DNA of 63,911 nt, filler included, from Dimargaris cristalligena (GCA_003614675.1; 5 parts of 5 records of this genome joined end to end with filler, not necessarily neighbours in it); one strand, 5' to 3'; shown: positions 12,816 through 25,727, counted from the whole stretch's first letter. Numbers and translations: made by a program. Notes: a model not told the origin generated them from the sequence alone.

Positions 12816-12915
12816 NNNNNNNNNNNNNNNNNNNNNNNNNNNNNNNNNNNNNNNNNNNNTTAATTAATTAANNNNNNNNNNNNNNNNNNNNNNNNNNNNN
12901 NNNNNNNNNNNNNNN
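12816..12915. other. Artificial contig linker
   Basis: 44 N + TTAATTAATTAA (stops in all six frames) + 44 N. Confidence 0.97.
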
Positions 12916-13850
12916 GTACTTCTGATAAGTGCAAAAAATGGATTAAAAATAAAAGTAAGTAAAAAATGTGGTAAGTTCACTTCAGAAGGTATTTCATCTG
13001 GCTGGCTTGTTTATTTTTTGCATAGAGCAAATCCAGCTATTAAATAGCCCAAATAACAATAGCAATTGGTTTCATTTTAAGAATGAGTCACTAAATCTAT
13101 ATTATAAAGTAGCTATTTTTTGTAAAAATATATGGGGCTAGCTCCTAGGTGTAACTCCTTAGTATTAGTATTTCCAGTCACCTGATCCCAAACTCTCCTC
13201 AGTGCTTAATTGATTGGAACTGCTGCCCAACTACTATTACTATTATTATCTATATATCTATATATATACTAAAGGAGGGTTAATACTAAACTGACTACAG
13301 TACCTAGTACTAACTAAATATATAGACCAGTACCTATATATCTAGGGTAGAACCACCCCAGAAGATAAGAACCTAGCTATGCAGCTAGAACCAACTCAGC
13401 ATCATTTATACATAGCCTACTATTGTATCTATACTTCTAGGCAACTAGCAATTTCATATTTAAGTTGCCTTTACCATGACAATTAATAAGTCACAGGGCC
13501 AGACATTCTCCAGGGTAGCAGTATTCCTTAATCAAAATATATTTTCTTATGGCCAATAATATGTGGCCCTTTCCAGAGTGGTCAACCCATCCAATCTCTA
13601 TGTGGCAACTCCAAATAGATGTAGGACTACCAGGAATGTGGTATATGGTAAGGCACTATAGTGAGGTGGTGTAGAGTACAGGGTGTGGTAACAAAGTGAA
13701 AACATTCTATTTTTCTGCTAAAAATTGACCCTTATTTTATAACTATATGGAAGACACTTAAAAAATTGCAGCACTTCCTACAGAGAGCACATCTGTACCA
13801 TAAGTTGAAATGAAGGATCAGGGGGGAGTGTATTCCCCAGATCTGTTGCT
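12916..13850. mobile_element. CpG-free, TpA-rich decayed repeat or transposon relic (family B sequence at left end)
   Basis: 12916-12980 nearly identical to 25892-25955; no CG dinucleotide seen until 13851; no intact ORF. Confidence 0.6.
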
Positions 13851-15947
13851 CGTAACTTATATGAGAAGATGAATAGGTCTATATAGCACGCATGCCAGAG
13901 CCTGTTTTGAATAATAATTAAAAAAATAAGTTAGTGTCGGTCTAGCTATATGTTATTCTAGGCGGCTCCACCTTCGACATATTAGACTTAGGAATGTGGG
14001 CGATGGGTTTGGCTTCCGTCTCAATATGTTTTGAATGACTAGTAAAAATATTGTAAATTTATTCGGAAATAAGAATCTCCCAATAGACATTCCTGTGAAT
14101 TGCTGACTGGTACCTTTTATCTGCAGGATTTCAGGGTATTTTGTAACCAAAATGGGGTGCTTGGAGGATTCTAGTTGTTCTACAAAACTTGGTATAAATA
14201 GTTGCAAAATACTAAGATATAATAAATTAACATGTTGGAAATACATCAACGAAGAGAGAACTACGTGAATAAATCGCAGTATTGATAATAAGAAACCGAC
14301 TGAATAGGCGTTACCGAAATAAAAACAAGCTAAGCCTAGATCTATTGAATTAATTATTGGAAGGACTTGACCCCTAACCTCGACAGTTATTCATGACATG
14401 TTAGCGACACAGCGCACCACATACTTCCTACGGTCGCTGAAAACTGTACTCGCTCAACGCTTAATTACAAAAGGGGCTGGGAGATTGGTTGGTAGTGATC
14501 ACAGGGTTCGGAACGGAGGTGAAGGAAACGCCATTGAAGGGGCTTGCAAGCCTTCGGCTATTACCGTTAATTTTCGCATATGGAATCGACCTGCATCCTC
14601 TAAAGCTTGTCCCAACCACATAGGGGACTGCACGGCAAGCCCAATGCAATCACATTGGCACAAATCAACAGTCAGCGGTTGATAAAAATAGCGCGACCGC
14701 AACTTAGATGGCGGCTGTCATTTTATTTGGGATTCTTTGTATTCAAAGCGACGCCGTTGCGAACTGCTCTTCCACAGTTCGTACCATCCCGTCTGCCATA
14801 GCAGTGTCCAATTAAGAACCAACCATAACATAGTGTTAAGATCTTCCTTCTTCCCTTTCTCATGTTTCCCCTTTTTTAATACCGCCCTCATTTCATTCAG
14901 GGGCGCCTTCTTCTTTTACTTAACCACAGTCTTCAATTGGGGAAACCAATTGGCCCGGATTCAGTCTGGCTACTGGCATTCTTTCCATTTCAACGCACCC
15001 GCCCTCCGCAGATGTCCGGGATTGCGGAAATAGTCCATATAGTACCCACCAACACTAAGCTGCACCTAATATGCGGAAGCGGGTAGTTGGTCCACCGGCA
15101 AAGAGAGCCCTCCACCAGGCGGTACCTTGCATTGAATTCCGTAATTATAACCGGCATCAACGCCATCATGCCCTCTGGGACGAAGGGAGTTAAATATAAG
15201 AACAGGTCAAATACAGTCGGTATAGTGAATAGTGTGGTTGGTTTTGGACCTGTTGATGCATGGCGGACCGTCCCCAACGCACCTTAGGAGTGGGGGAAAT
15301 CCCGCCTTGCATTAAAAGCTCAGCTATGTCTATTGCATAGCCCATTCCATATTTTTATCCAGTGAGTCGTTGAAACAACTGGGCTCAGGCGGATTGAAAA
15401 TAGAACAAGGCGTACAGGCGGAACTTCAGGACCATTGCTAGCTGCATGAGGAACACCTCCTGAGTATTCACCGGCCAAAACGCCGCATATCCAACACTCG
15501 AAGTGTATTTATTCCAGGAAAAATAAGGAAGCCTGGGCAGTTTACCTAGTTTGTCGCAGTGGTAGAGGTTAGTCCAAATTAGCAAAACGGGTGCCGTTTA
15601 CGAATTGAGGTAAAAAACTGACTGCGATGTTCGGAATAAGTAAACTCCAGCTCTCTATAATGACCCCTTTTCTGGATCTATAAATATCCGGCTGTTCGTC
15701 ACCATTTGAAAAACCAAACTCATCGTCTTTCATCTACTTGACATCCAATCTATTTTTTATACGCATTTTTCTGAGAAAAATTGCTACCCTAGCAACATTT
15801 ACTTTTTTCGTCATTCGTGCACATTCGTTGGTATCTCCACTGTTCCTGAACTGGTTCCGGATATAAATCACTTTTCTCCCATTCAATCCTCGACGGACTT
15901 CTTATTACCCCCTCTCCTTTCCTCGCTCTCCCAACATCCTTGTCATC

Positions 15948-16925
15948 ATGAAGGTCAATGTCGGTATTGCTACTCTTCTGGCTGTCGCTGTGGCCACCCA
16001 GGCCCAGGCCGCGGCCTCTCCCGATCTCACTCCCCGCAACATGCCCGAACATCGCCATCATGGACATCCGCAGCGTCACGGCCATGGATCCAACCACTCC
16101 TCCGGCGGAAACGGGGGCAATGGCGGTAACGGTGGCAACGGTGGCAACAGCCGCGGTAGTGGCAACGCTGGTAACGGCGGCAATGGTGGCAACGGGGGTA
16201 ATGGCGGCAGCATCCATCGTCGCTCCCCTTATTCCGACTACCGTAACCGTGGCTGGGGCCGTGACTATGGTCGCTACGATAACGATCGCTACTATGACAA
16301 TGACCGCTACTACGACAACGACTCCGGTAACGGTGGCAATGGAGGAAACGGTGGTGATGGCGGCAATGGTGGAAGCGGCGGCGATGGTGGTGACGGTGGC
16401 AACGGTGGCAGTGTCTACCGCCGCAGTTCCACTGGCAGTGGCGGTAACGGAGGTGATGGTGGTGATGGTGGAAATGGCTCCAGCGGCGGAAACGGAGGCA
16501 ATGGCGGTGATGGCGGTAACGGTGGGATCAGCAGCGGCCGCGGATCCGGCGGTAATGGTGGAGACGGTGGTAACGGAGGAAACGGTGGAAACAGCTATGG
16601 CCGTGGATCCGGTGGAAACGGCGGAAATGGCGGCAATGGTGGTAACGGAGGCAATAGCTCTGGAGGACGTTACTCGTACAACAGCGGATCCGGTTTTGAT
16701 TACTACCGCGGGAATAGTCGCGACAACGGCTGGGGCTGGGGAAATGGCCGTAACAGCGGTAACTACTGGGGTGGCAGCTCTAGCGGCTCTGGTGGTGACG
16801 GAGGTGACGGCGGTAATGGCGGTGACAGCTATGGCCGTGGATCCGGCGGCGATGGTGGCGACGGTGGTAACGGAGGCAACGGCGGAAGTAGCTCTGGCCG
16901 CTACAACGATTACAGCTGGTACTAG
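15948..16925 (+). CDS. Secreted Gly/Asn/Asp-rich repeat protein (GGN/GGD blocks, Tyr-rich spacers), 325 aa
   Basis: Signal peptide [27 protein letters not shown] at ~15863; AATAAA at ~17107; synonymous variation across the repeats preserves this frame. Confidence 0.85.
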   Translation: MKVNVGIATLLAVAVATQAQAAASPDLTPRNMPEHRHHGHPQRHGHGSNHSSGGNGGNGGNGGNGGNSRGSGNAGNGGNGGNGGNGGSIHRRSPYSDYRNRGWGRDYGRYDNDRYYDNDRYYDNDSGNGGNGGNGGDGGNGGSGGDGGDGGNGGSVYRRSSTGSGGNGGDGGDGGNGSSGGNGGNGGDGGNGGISSGRGSGGNGGDGGNGGNGGNSYGRGSGGNGGNGGNGGNGGNSSGGRYSYNSGSGFDYYRGNSRDNGWGWGNGRNSGNYWGGSSSGSGGDGGDGGNGGDSYGRGSGGDGGDGGNGGNGGSSSGRYNDYSWY

Positions 16926-17533
16926 ATGTCTACCACTTCTAGCTTTGCGTAGTCGCTCCTCCTTTTCACAATTCGTAATTTTCCCCCAATTGACACTTAA
17001 TGCCAAATTTATAACGACATGGATGCTTGAATGGCCGTTGAACGTCACAATCCCATAAATGACATAATTTTTTGGGCCAATGTATTGGCCTTTTATTGAA
17101 CAATGAAATAAATGATCTGTTTTTCAATCCAATTTAAATGTGCTCGATAAGATGTTAATTTGACCTATGATTCTCAAAAGTTATAGGCCCGTTCTACTTA
17201 TGTGGTTTCGGTGACACCTAGTAGCATACGTGAACAATTTTACAGTCAGCTTATACATCACCACAATGAGGCCGGGTGCGTTAATTACGGCGTATATTGC
17301 CAAGGGCAATTAGGTTCTTCAGCCAGTTACGTTGAGCTATGTCGCTTCTTCAACCCATTTGGATCTAGAGATTGTTTACTTTTGAATTACCAATAAAATC
17401 AAATTTTTATTGGTAATATTAATATTTAATAAAAATCAAATAAGACTTATAAAAAGAGGGCCACTGGCTTATACATAATCAAAAATAATTACACTAGTAT
17501 ATCATAAATCAAGGTGGGTTTGTAGTTTTCAGA

Positions 17534-19882
17534 TTATACGCGCGTTTTCATATGGGGGCCCACATAAATAACTTGACTTGCACCGTTAAACTGAATACCA
17601 AATAATGAGTCAGACGAACAATAAAAAATAGGTGAATTAGATAAGGTTGGTACAATTTGGGTTATCTGACCAATCCGGAGAAATGATATTGAAACATAAG
17701 AAATCCGTGGGTGAATTAGTAATGACAGATAATAAAACTCACTCGGTAATTAGGGTCCACGACTAATCCTTCGGGCAAGATGACTTGTCGGTAGTAATTG
17801 CTACACTGGTAACCCACGCGGTTTGGAATATAGCTTGCAAAGAGGCCCCACTAATGTTCAACGGTAGAAGGTATAGTTTGAAGGATTAATATTATGATAT
17901 GGTGTATTATTCTATAGAACCTAATGGCCGCCTCCGGCAAAAATGGTCGAAAATAAAGATGCTATGTTTTTGATCAGGCAGGTATTATTAAGTGGATGGT
18001 GAAAAAAGAATATTTAGCAATGGGTGTACCACTTACCTTGTCGCCACAGCCAAAATCCCGAGCAGTCTATAAGCATTACACAGGTATATATATATATATA
18101 TAGGTGCCAAATTGTTAAAATCCAAAAGGAAGGTAAAATAAATAGCTTTACAACATATTCTATCACAGGTAGGGGTGTACAAACAATAAACAAAAGTGTA
18201 TACCATGGACATTGATACCTACATTCAAAAACAATTGTTTTTCTTCCTCTGTCCAGTCACCGGTCCATTGTTCCTGTTATAATAATAATCACAGGCATAT
18301 ATATATATATATATATATAATTATCCGTGATTTTAGCACCTTGTCCAAACTATAGGTTAGCTCTTCCCCATCTGGATAAAAAGGTTTGAGGACCAAAGGC
18401 ATGGGTAGCCCATACATGGCCACTCTTCCGGCATATACACCTACCGTCCCTGGTTCGTTGTGCCGGTAAAAATAGGCGTTGGGATTCTTTTTGAATAGCT
18501 TAGATGCGACAAATTTAGCGGAGGACCAGCCGTTAAGAACGTTTCTTTTCCGACCGCCGGACTTCGATTTAGTAGCGGATGGTCCCTCAGGCTCCCCTAA
18601 TGGATTTTTGAAGGAAAAAGTGCCTCCGCCGTTTTTATCCCAGCTATCTTTGGCGTTGGCTTCGAATTCGTACTTGGCCATCAAGCCAGGGTTAATCCAA
18701 CCGCGGTAATGCCCATCTACATGGATCGCCTGGGCTAGAATAGTGGCTGTAAAATGCTTCTCGGCGGGGTTTAAATGACTACCGTCTCCCAGCTAAACAG
18801 TCAATCACACGATCAGGCAAATTATAAAGACAGGGCAGTATAGTGATTGTGAACAAGATATACTGGTCAAGTAAATCAGCACGGTAACAGGGCGCTTGGC
18901 TAAAACTCCATATGTGAGTTTTAACATAAAATTAGTTGGACTGTAGGAGGGGGGACTTACCTCTAGACTGACATCACCGGATTCTTTAGGAGAGGAGGCT
19001 TCAGTATCGGACAGATCATTTGGCAGGGTCCCATGGCTAGGCGCCACTCCTCGAATTCGACTCGATGTGCGCTGAGGAACCACTCGCTGGGAAACGGCCA
19101 CCCTGGCTCTAAAATATTCAGGGATATACACGGATAGAAAGGGGTGATCGTGCCTTTAATGCCTAAGATTCGTTCATATTGCTTTTATCTATATAGCCAG
19201 AATAAATTTGGCGTCGGCCATGGACCAAATAGGTTTGCATGAGAGAAAAGGTGAGGGCGGAAGTATATGATGATGATTTACTTACTTTTTAACACTGGTT
19301 TGCACGTTTGCTAGCCCTTTTTTGCGAGGCTTTGCTGACACAGCAAGGGGCGAGGGCTTTTTAGACGGGATCACATCAGGGAGATCATTTGGCAGTTCAA
19401 GTGCCTCCAAAAGTTTCCGATTGTTGGCGATATTAGCCAGGCGCTGTTTTTCATAATCGCTGAGGTGATTAGTCTTGCTCTCCTCTGTGAATTAGTAATG
19501 CGTGTTACAGAAATACAAGATATTGAGGCATAGGCTGGCGCATTATATTAGACAGGCGCTTCGATATTACGTTGGGTGGAGGCTTGTAGAACTGGCACGT
19601 AATCCTAGGACATCCACTTATCGCCGAAACTCATATTAATGCGACATGTTCATTATTGTGGAGCCGTTTGGATTACACGAAGAGTTGCAACGGACTAGTA
19701 AAAGCCAGGGTTGACCCAGAAAAGGGAAAATAGTGCAACTAGAGGAACAACGATATGTCCATTTACAGCAGGTGGTTTATCAGCGATAGAATGAGGCTCA
19801 TGTTCAACCTGCCTTTGACTACTTTGAGTGCCCGACGCTGGCGGACCCGCGTGGTCGTTGGCGGAGAGGTTGCTTGAAGCAT
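17534..19882 (-). CDS. Myb/SANT-like domain protein (NPNAYxYR...WG.F...IP.RVGYQCSNxYR family); exons 19604-19571, 19484-19286, 19108-18961, 18792-18445, 18273-18223, 18066-18037, 17850-17743, 17590-17534; first exon (ATG 19882?) uncertain
   Basis: Eight phase-consistent GT-AG exons assemble to ...LSDYEKQRLANIANNRKLLEALEL...KKNPNAYFYRHNEPGT|EQWTGDWTEEEKQLFLN|TARDFGCGDK|WGLFASYIPNRVGYQCSNYYRQVILPEGLVVDPNYR|FNGASQVIYVGPHMKTRV*. Mostly missed by the ORF track. Confidence 0.8.
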
Positions 19883-20981
19883 ACTGGCCAAATGGCGAAG
19901 GTGGGGGAACAGAATGTGTACACTAGAATAAGAAATGGGCCGTCAGAATGCAGTTGGGTAAACTACGGCACTGCCTATATTTCGAAGCCAAGTGGCTAAG
20001 GGGAGCTTGGAACCACAGGCGCCTGACCCTACTACAGGAAGTCTTACGCGTTTGTGATTTTTTCCTCTTTTTCGTTCGGCTTGTCAACGACCACAGCTAA
20101 GCTTTCCCTGACAAGCGCAGTTAACGAAGATGCTGTGACAGGGGTACTTTAATTCGGCAAAAAAATACAGTGACAGAAACACAATCCCAAAGGTACACCA
20201 TTCTGCTGCATTCCAGGGAATAGGGAGGCGACAAGAGTCTCAGTGCGACGGCATGAAAGGAGAGTTGCAGGCGTAAGGGGGAAGGTTCAAACAGTGCTCA
20301 TGGGGCTTATGAAGTACCAGGATAGGAAGAAAAATCCGGCTGCCGTTATCAAGTTAAAGCCCAGCTTCAAAGGCAGAGCAACGAACGTCAGCGCCCCGTA
20401 TCCTAGTGGGTCATGGAGCTATACTAAGAGAAAATCGACTGCTCAATTCATTCATTAGGGCAGTAAACCCTAACGGACACTATGTAGGGCGAGGGTAACT
20501 GTAGTAAGGGCCCTTTAGGCCAAAAATATTGACAAGTAAGCAGCAGAAAATCGGTATTCTATAATAGGATATTGCTAAAAGAGATCGGTTATGATGCTGT
20601 AGAATATATCACTGGCCTACTGGCTAATAGTTTACCGCAACTGTTACGTAAATCTCTAGAAGCGGACCACCAAACCAATCCCACTGGCCACTCATATGGT
20701 AGGAAGTGTAAGAGCTGCCATCATAATAGAAATTGTCCATGTAAATTAAACAAACCAACACGTCAAATTCCACACATTAATTTCCCAAGAAGAGACAATG
20801 TCCAAAGGGTTTATTTCTGGATAAACAGTACCGCAGGCAGTAATCAGACAATGAAATGGATTTCTTATAAACGCGGCAGTGACTAATAAGACACCCCATT
20901 TGAATACTGCTTCAAAAAGACGGTACCCCGAACCATAAACTTGGGGGATAGGCAGTAGAAAGCCAGTGGCCCAAAAAACCC

Positions 20982-22451
20982 TTACTGGGCCCGCGGCACC
21001 ATATTATCCTGGGCTTGCGTGGACTCGGCATTTGTGCGCTTCCCGTAGAACACAATCCGGGACAAAGCGGTGGTGTCCTCATCTTCCAAATTATCTTGTA
21101 TGAATACTACTAAATGGGCCACATTTTGGAAACGAACGTAGCGGAGATTGATGAGGTTATCGGATTCGTAGTCCTCTTCGGTCAGCTCGATGAGTTGGGT
21201 TTCATGGACACTATCGACCTCGTCAAACCCCAAGTTAGGGCGGTTGGCGAACAGTTTGATCGTCTTAGGGGCCCGGCCCTGGTCATTGACACCGGGTCCG
21301 GAAAGAATGCGCATGGAATGGAGTTTGACCGGTTGGTTAAACGGGATGTGAATAAGGAGCTGTTCGTCCACATCGCTTTCCAAAAAACTGGGCCCCGCCT
21401 GGAAGATGTTGACGACGGGGTGCTGGTCCGTTTGGTTCAGGCAGCCGGTCTGGGAGGTGATGATTAAATGAGTCAAGTCACTCTAGGTGGACCAATCGAA
21501 GTGGGAGGGACCATAGGGCAGCCCCAGTTACAACATAAAAATAGCCGAAAAATAGAAAATCGTGAGGGTCAGATAGGTTTGAATAAAGTCTTGATGGAGA
21601 GTGAGGTACTCTGATTAAAATTAGTACCGGATTGCATTATATTCCCGCAAGGAAAGTACTGAATCAATTCACTTACATAACCCTTCGGGGCCGTAGATGC
21701 GGCGTCCTCGGGAAAATACTGCGAGCCTAATTCTCGCAGTGTGCCTTCCAATTCATCCACATTGGATCCGGTCAAATGAGCTACCACTTCCAAGCGATCG
21801 TGGATAAGGACACCAACTTGCTTCCGGAACATCCCGAGTTGCTCCAGATCCGGCACTTTGTCCAAATCGACCTCATAAAAGTCGACCTGGGGGAAGGAAT
21901 CGGCCAATTTAGCAATATCCGCTCGAATCGCGTCACTGGGCTTATGATCTGCAAGTGGAATGCTCCCGAAAACATATATATTTAGCGAAGACGTGCAAGA
22001 ATAAGAGTAGATACGAACGATAGGTTAATGAAAATTCGGCGACAGTCAGGGGTACCGAAAAATGGGTTAGTCGGAAGCGGAATTAAGTGGCTACGATGTC
22101 TATTCAAAAGGCCAACATTGTTCATCGATCCCGCTAGTGTTTCTCGCATTCGCGATGCCTCATGAACCTACCTTTCGAGTAGTACAGATATAGTACCTAA
22201 TCATAGGGGCATTGCCGGTGGAAGAGTAGATTAGGATAACGGCATACATAGTTTCTAATTGCAAGATTAGTCATAGATATGAGCCACCTAGTAGGGACAA
22301 TAATGATATAGCGGTAGGTAGCCCCGAGTCATACGTCCAGTCATTAGTAGTCTACCGAGGGGGGAGGGGCCTTCGTGCGCCTACTTACCAGTTTACTGGA
22401 GCTGGGTTTCAAAGAATTTTCCAATTCCTTGGGGGTTCGGAGGAGCTTCAT
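20982..22451 (-). CDS. Thioredoxin-fold plus PITH domain protein (Txl1/TXNL1-like); exons 22451-22389, 22196-22172, 21948-21677, 21482-20982
   Basis: PITH motifs CLNQ, LESDVDEQLLIHIPFNQPVKLHS, APKTIKLFAN, LRYVRFQNV, FIQDN. N-terminal Trx-like segment (FPQVDFYEVDLDK...LTGSNVDELE) joined by phase-consistent introns. Confidence 0.85.
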
Positions 22452-23878
22452 CGCGGCTTAGTTGAATGCGTTAGGTAAAGCGGAATGAGATGGTGAAGAT
22501 GCTGCGCTGACTGGGATGCGAATGGGAGGAAGCGACCAGATATCCTAACAGACAGAGTTTGGTGAATGGGGTGCCCTATAGTATGAGGACGAGTTTACAA
22601 GCGGGGTGCTAAATGCGGAAAAGGTAAATGTAATTGGAAGCAAGATGTAAAGTCGAAATGACATACAATACAATAGAACGGGCGGTATAAGTAAGCTACC
22701 ATAGAGTACTCCTTCCTTGTACCCAAGAGCAACGTGGGTTCTGTTGATGTAGAGTGGTATTGGCGGGCCTCCGTAGGCCATTGACCCACCACATACATTG
22801 GTGGGCTGGTCTGGTATTATGTCAATTTCCAGGCAAGCAAAGGTAGCTCATACTGCACAGCATATATACCTCATTCCCAGTATGTTTCTCTCCCTTTTCG
22901 GACCATCAATAAGATGGTTATGCCACGTATTGACCAGTGTGGTTTTGACTAGAGCCATTACGTCACGTTTTTGAAATACAGCAATGATCAGGCAATATTG
23001 GCAATTGGCTATTTGTGTGCCAGTTAATCCCACAGCCGTTAGGATGAAATAGTCACAAGGGTAAAAGGGAATCAAGCAACTCCGTGACAACATTAAGCAT
23101 AGAAAGGGCGTTATCAGAGAGGCCCAGTCCCGGGAGCAAGTGTCACTTTATTGAGTAGATGTTAAAATTAACGAAAATTGAACTAAGGAGCGGATTACTT
23201 AACTATAGGTACTAAAGTAGACTAATAATTAACGATATAAATTCGGGGAACGCAAGTTCATATGTGAGTAATGGGATGGAATTCGCTAGTCTATTTGACA
23301 ATGTAATACTGAACAACACTCTATCCAAGGGCAATGCTATAGGCTATATAGTGTAGCTGTCGACTAATAAGTTGGTACGCTTAATTAAAAGGAAGATTAA
23401 AGCCGGGCCAAATCCTATAGCTATTTTTCAGTTTATTAGCCGACTATTTATTTGACACCCCCTTTTCTAGCCAACTCATTCTTATATTGGTATCCGCTAT
23501 TGTTATTGTCTATTAGATACTATTCACGGCCTTACCTTAAGTGTCCTCTGAGCTTACCCTTCCTAGGCGCAGGAATTCTGACATTTACCAAGATTTTAGC
23601 CCACGACATGAGCATCAGAATATAAAAATAGCTAGCATCAAACATATCGGGCCAATGCCTGTACGAGGGCGAGAACGAGAACGAGTGAGAGTTTCCAAGG
23701 TGCCTATAGCCGGCAATTCATGGAACTTCGGATACCCTAAGGATACAATTAGACTCAGTAATTCCTGTACCTAGTGGGGCCTAGAATTAAAGCACGCTGG
23801 TCAAAAGACATAAGGGCCGCTCCAACTGATCCTGAACCAAGGATGCTTATTTCAAATCTGATCAGCTGCGTATCCACA

Positions 23879-24016
23879 TTGGTAAGGTTCTGTCAGTCTG
23901 TATAACGAAAAATCCGTTAGATGAGGCAAAAACTACTGGTTATAACTTAATATACTGCCTATTATCCCATACACATATCATATAACCCCTTATACGGCTG
24001 GACTGAATTCCAACCA
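23879..24016 (+). mobile_element. MITE family A, diverged copy
   Basis: CTGTATAACGAAAAATCCGTTAGATGAGGCAAAAACTACTGGTTA...CCTTATACGGCTGGACTGAATT matches 425-550. Confidence 0.75.
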
Positions 24017-24365
24017 AATTAAATAATAGCCTTAGCGTAATGCCAATATATTGTATTGTGAATAACCAGGTCCAATGGACTTCCGCAAATATCTGCAATT
24101 GATTCTGGCTATTATGAAAATGAGTGAAGTGGCTAGGGCTGCCGATATAAAAAAATCGAAAGGCAACCCACTCGCCTTGCTAAATTACAATTGATATTTA
24201 TACATGCACCTATGGGTTGGTGGTACAGGGTCTCCGAAATATATCTGTGTATGGGTGTATACTAGGGTAGATATATAGATAAAGAAAGGGCAAACAGCCG
24301 CTCGCGTAACGGACTCATCATAGCACATCTAGTATTTCCCCCGAAGCTGTGTTAGCCTAAAAGTC

Positions 24366-25727
24366 TCATATATCACTGTACCGGTTCGACTGGTTGTTGT
24401 GGTGATTACGGATTTGGTATTCGGACTGACTCCGGTCTTGGGAGGGCATCGTTTGGTTACTAGTAGAAACATGGGGTTGGTTGGTTCGATGGCGATCCCG
24501 GAGGGTCGGGGAAGTCATCCTGGGGTCAGAAGGATAACTGCCCGTACTGAGCGTTTGCCGCCGTGAATAATACACACCGGGTGATGACGCGGATGGGGAA
24601 GGTGATTCCGACACCGACACCGATGCCGACGATAGTGAAGGGTGCCGTAGTGGTGGGGAGGCGAGGGAGGGTAAGGTATGGGCGGACCTTGACACGCCCC
24701 CAATCGGGTGATCGATCCAATGGTTCAGCTGGCCGCCTAGGGCCGCTAGGGGAATGGTCGGGTGGGAAAAGCGAGTGGTGGACTGCGACAGTAGGCGGGA
24801 TATGGTAGAGGTACCCGCACTAAAAGACGTTACTCGAGGCTCGTGGGTGGTCCGCGGATTCCGCAGCGACAGATGGCTCCGGGTGGCCGCCTCTGCTAAT
24901 GGGGTGGTGGTTGTTGGCGCGGGCCGGGTCATCAGGGTTTCCAGGCGTTGGTGCGCATTACTAGTGTCACCGCTATGGCTGGGCATACTAGGTACCCTCC
25001 GGGGGCGACGGGAGGCGGGAATGGGCTCATTCATTTCCTCAGCCATGCGGATAATCCGCTGGCGCTCGTTCGGGGAAAAATCCTCCAAATCACTTAAAGT
25101 AATGGAATCGATATGACTAGCCCTCAAATCAATATGGGTATCGTAGTCATTGAGGTCCAGGTAACTAATCGTATTTTCGGACAAACGGTCACTGTCGTCC
25201 GGTCGACTATTAGACGGGATATAGTTACGGGCCAATTCGCGCGCATATGCGTCGTCCAGATAATATTCGTCATGAGTGCTGTAACTAGCATCGGTATGGA
25301 CGTTAGCCAAGGCATGTCGGTCGTCGTTGGCACCGGTACTATTACGGAGTTGGGGAACATGCTCGTGCGATGGCGTACCATAGTGGGAGGAATTATTGTC
25401 GCTAAAATCGTTGGTGCTTGCAGCACTATGATGTCCCTCCAGGTTTTCCTCGTCGTATCGATCAGCCCACTGGAGGTGGCGGTCGTTTACCGATGCCGAC
25501 TCTTGGCCAATACCCTGTGCCCCCGAACCGACATCGCTATAACAATCCCAGTTGTGCAGGTTGGTCCCACTAATATAGCGATCCTGGTCGTGGTCGTGAT
25601 GGTGATGGTCGTCATCGCTCACTTCGGCACCGTAGTCGTCGTGGTCGCCTCCCTCATCATCATAGTATTCTTCTTCTTCTTCTTCTTCGCCCACGCTCTC
25701 TTCTCTATTGCCGCCTTCTCCCCCCGC
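24366..25727 (-). CDS. 5'-truncated, largely disordered protein (acidic then Ser/Pro/Arg-rich); function unknown
   Basis: Frame is open from the contig end at 25727 (AGGEGGNREESVGEEEE...) for ~450 codons to the stop at 24366; coding-like GC; no recognisable domain. Confidence 0.7.
   Translation of the reverse strand, partial: AGGEGGNREESVGEEEEEEEYYDDEGGDHDDYGAEVSDDDHHHHDHDQDRYISGTNLHNWDCYSDVGSGAQGIGQESASVNDRHLQWADRYDEENLEGHHSAASTNDFSDNNSSHYGTPSHEHVPQLRNSTGANDDRHALANVHTDASYSTHDEYYLDDAYARELARNYIPSNSRPDDSDRLSENTISYLDLNDYDTHIDLRASHIDSITLSDLEDFSPNERQRIIRMAEEMNEPIPASRRPRRVPSMPSHSGDTSNAHQRLETLMTRPAPTTTTPLAEAATRSHLSLRNPRTTHEPRVTSFSAGTSTISRLLSQSTTRFSHPTIPLAALGGQLNHWIDHPIGGVSRSAHTLPSLASPPLRHPSLSSASVSVSESPSPSASSPGVYYSRRQTLSTGSYPSDPRMTSPTLRDRHRTNQPHVSTSNQTMPSQDRSQSEYQIRNHHNNQSNRYSDI

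Noticed and set aside
12860-12871. TTAATTAATTAA recurring every ~12.9 kb as a biological periodic motif
   Set aside because: Always centred in 88 N; a standard six-frame-stop linker.
13950-15600. Coding-like minus-strand fragments (with a GACTAAC..TAG acceptor near 15546) as a gene or pseudogene
   Set aside because: All frames are interrupted and no family is recognisable; needs BLASTX.
15789-17058. 419-aa antisense and 366-aa alternative-frame ORFs over the Gly-rich gene
   Set aside because: By-products of GGN codon repeats; only the 15948 frame has an ATG, a signal peptide and synonymous variation.
20243-20886. Short + strand ORFs including a Cys/His cluster (CKSCHHNRNCPC)
   Set aside because: Non-ATG starts, no recognisable domain; lies in the 3' flank of the PITH gene.
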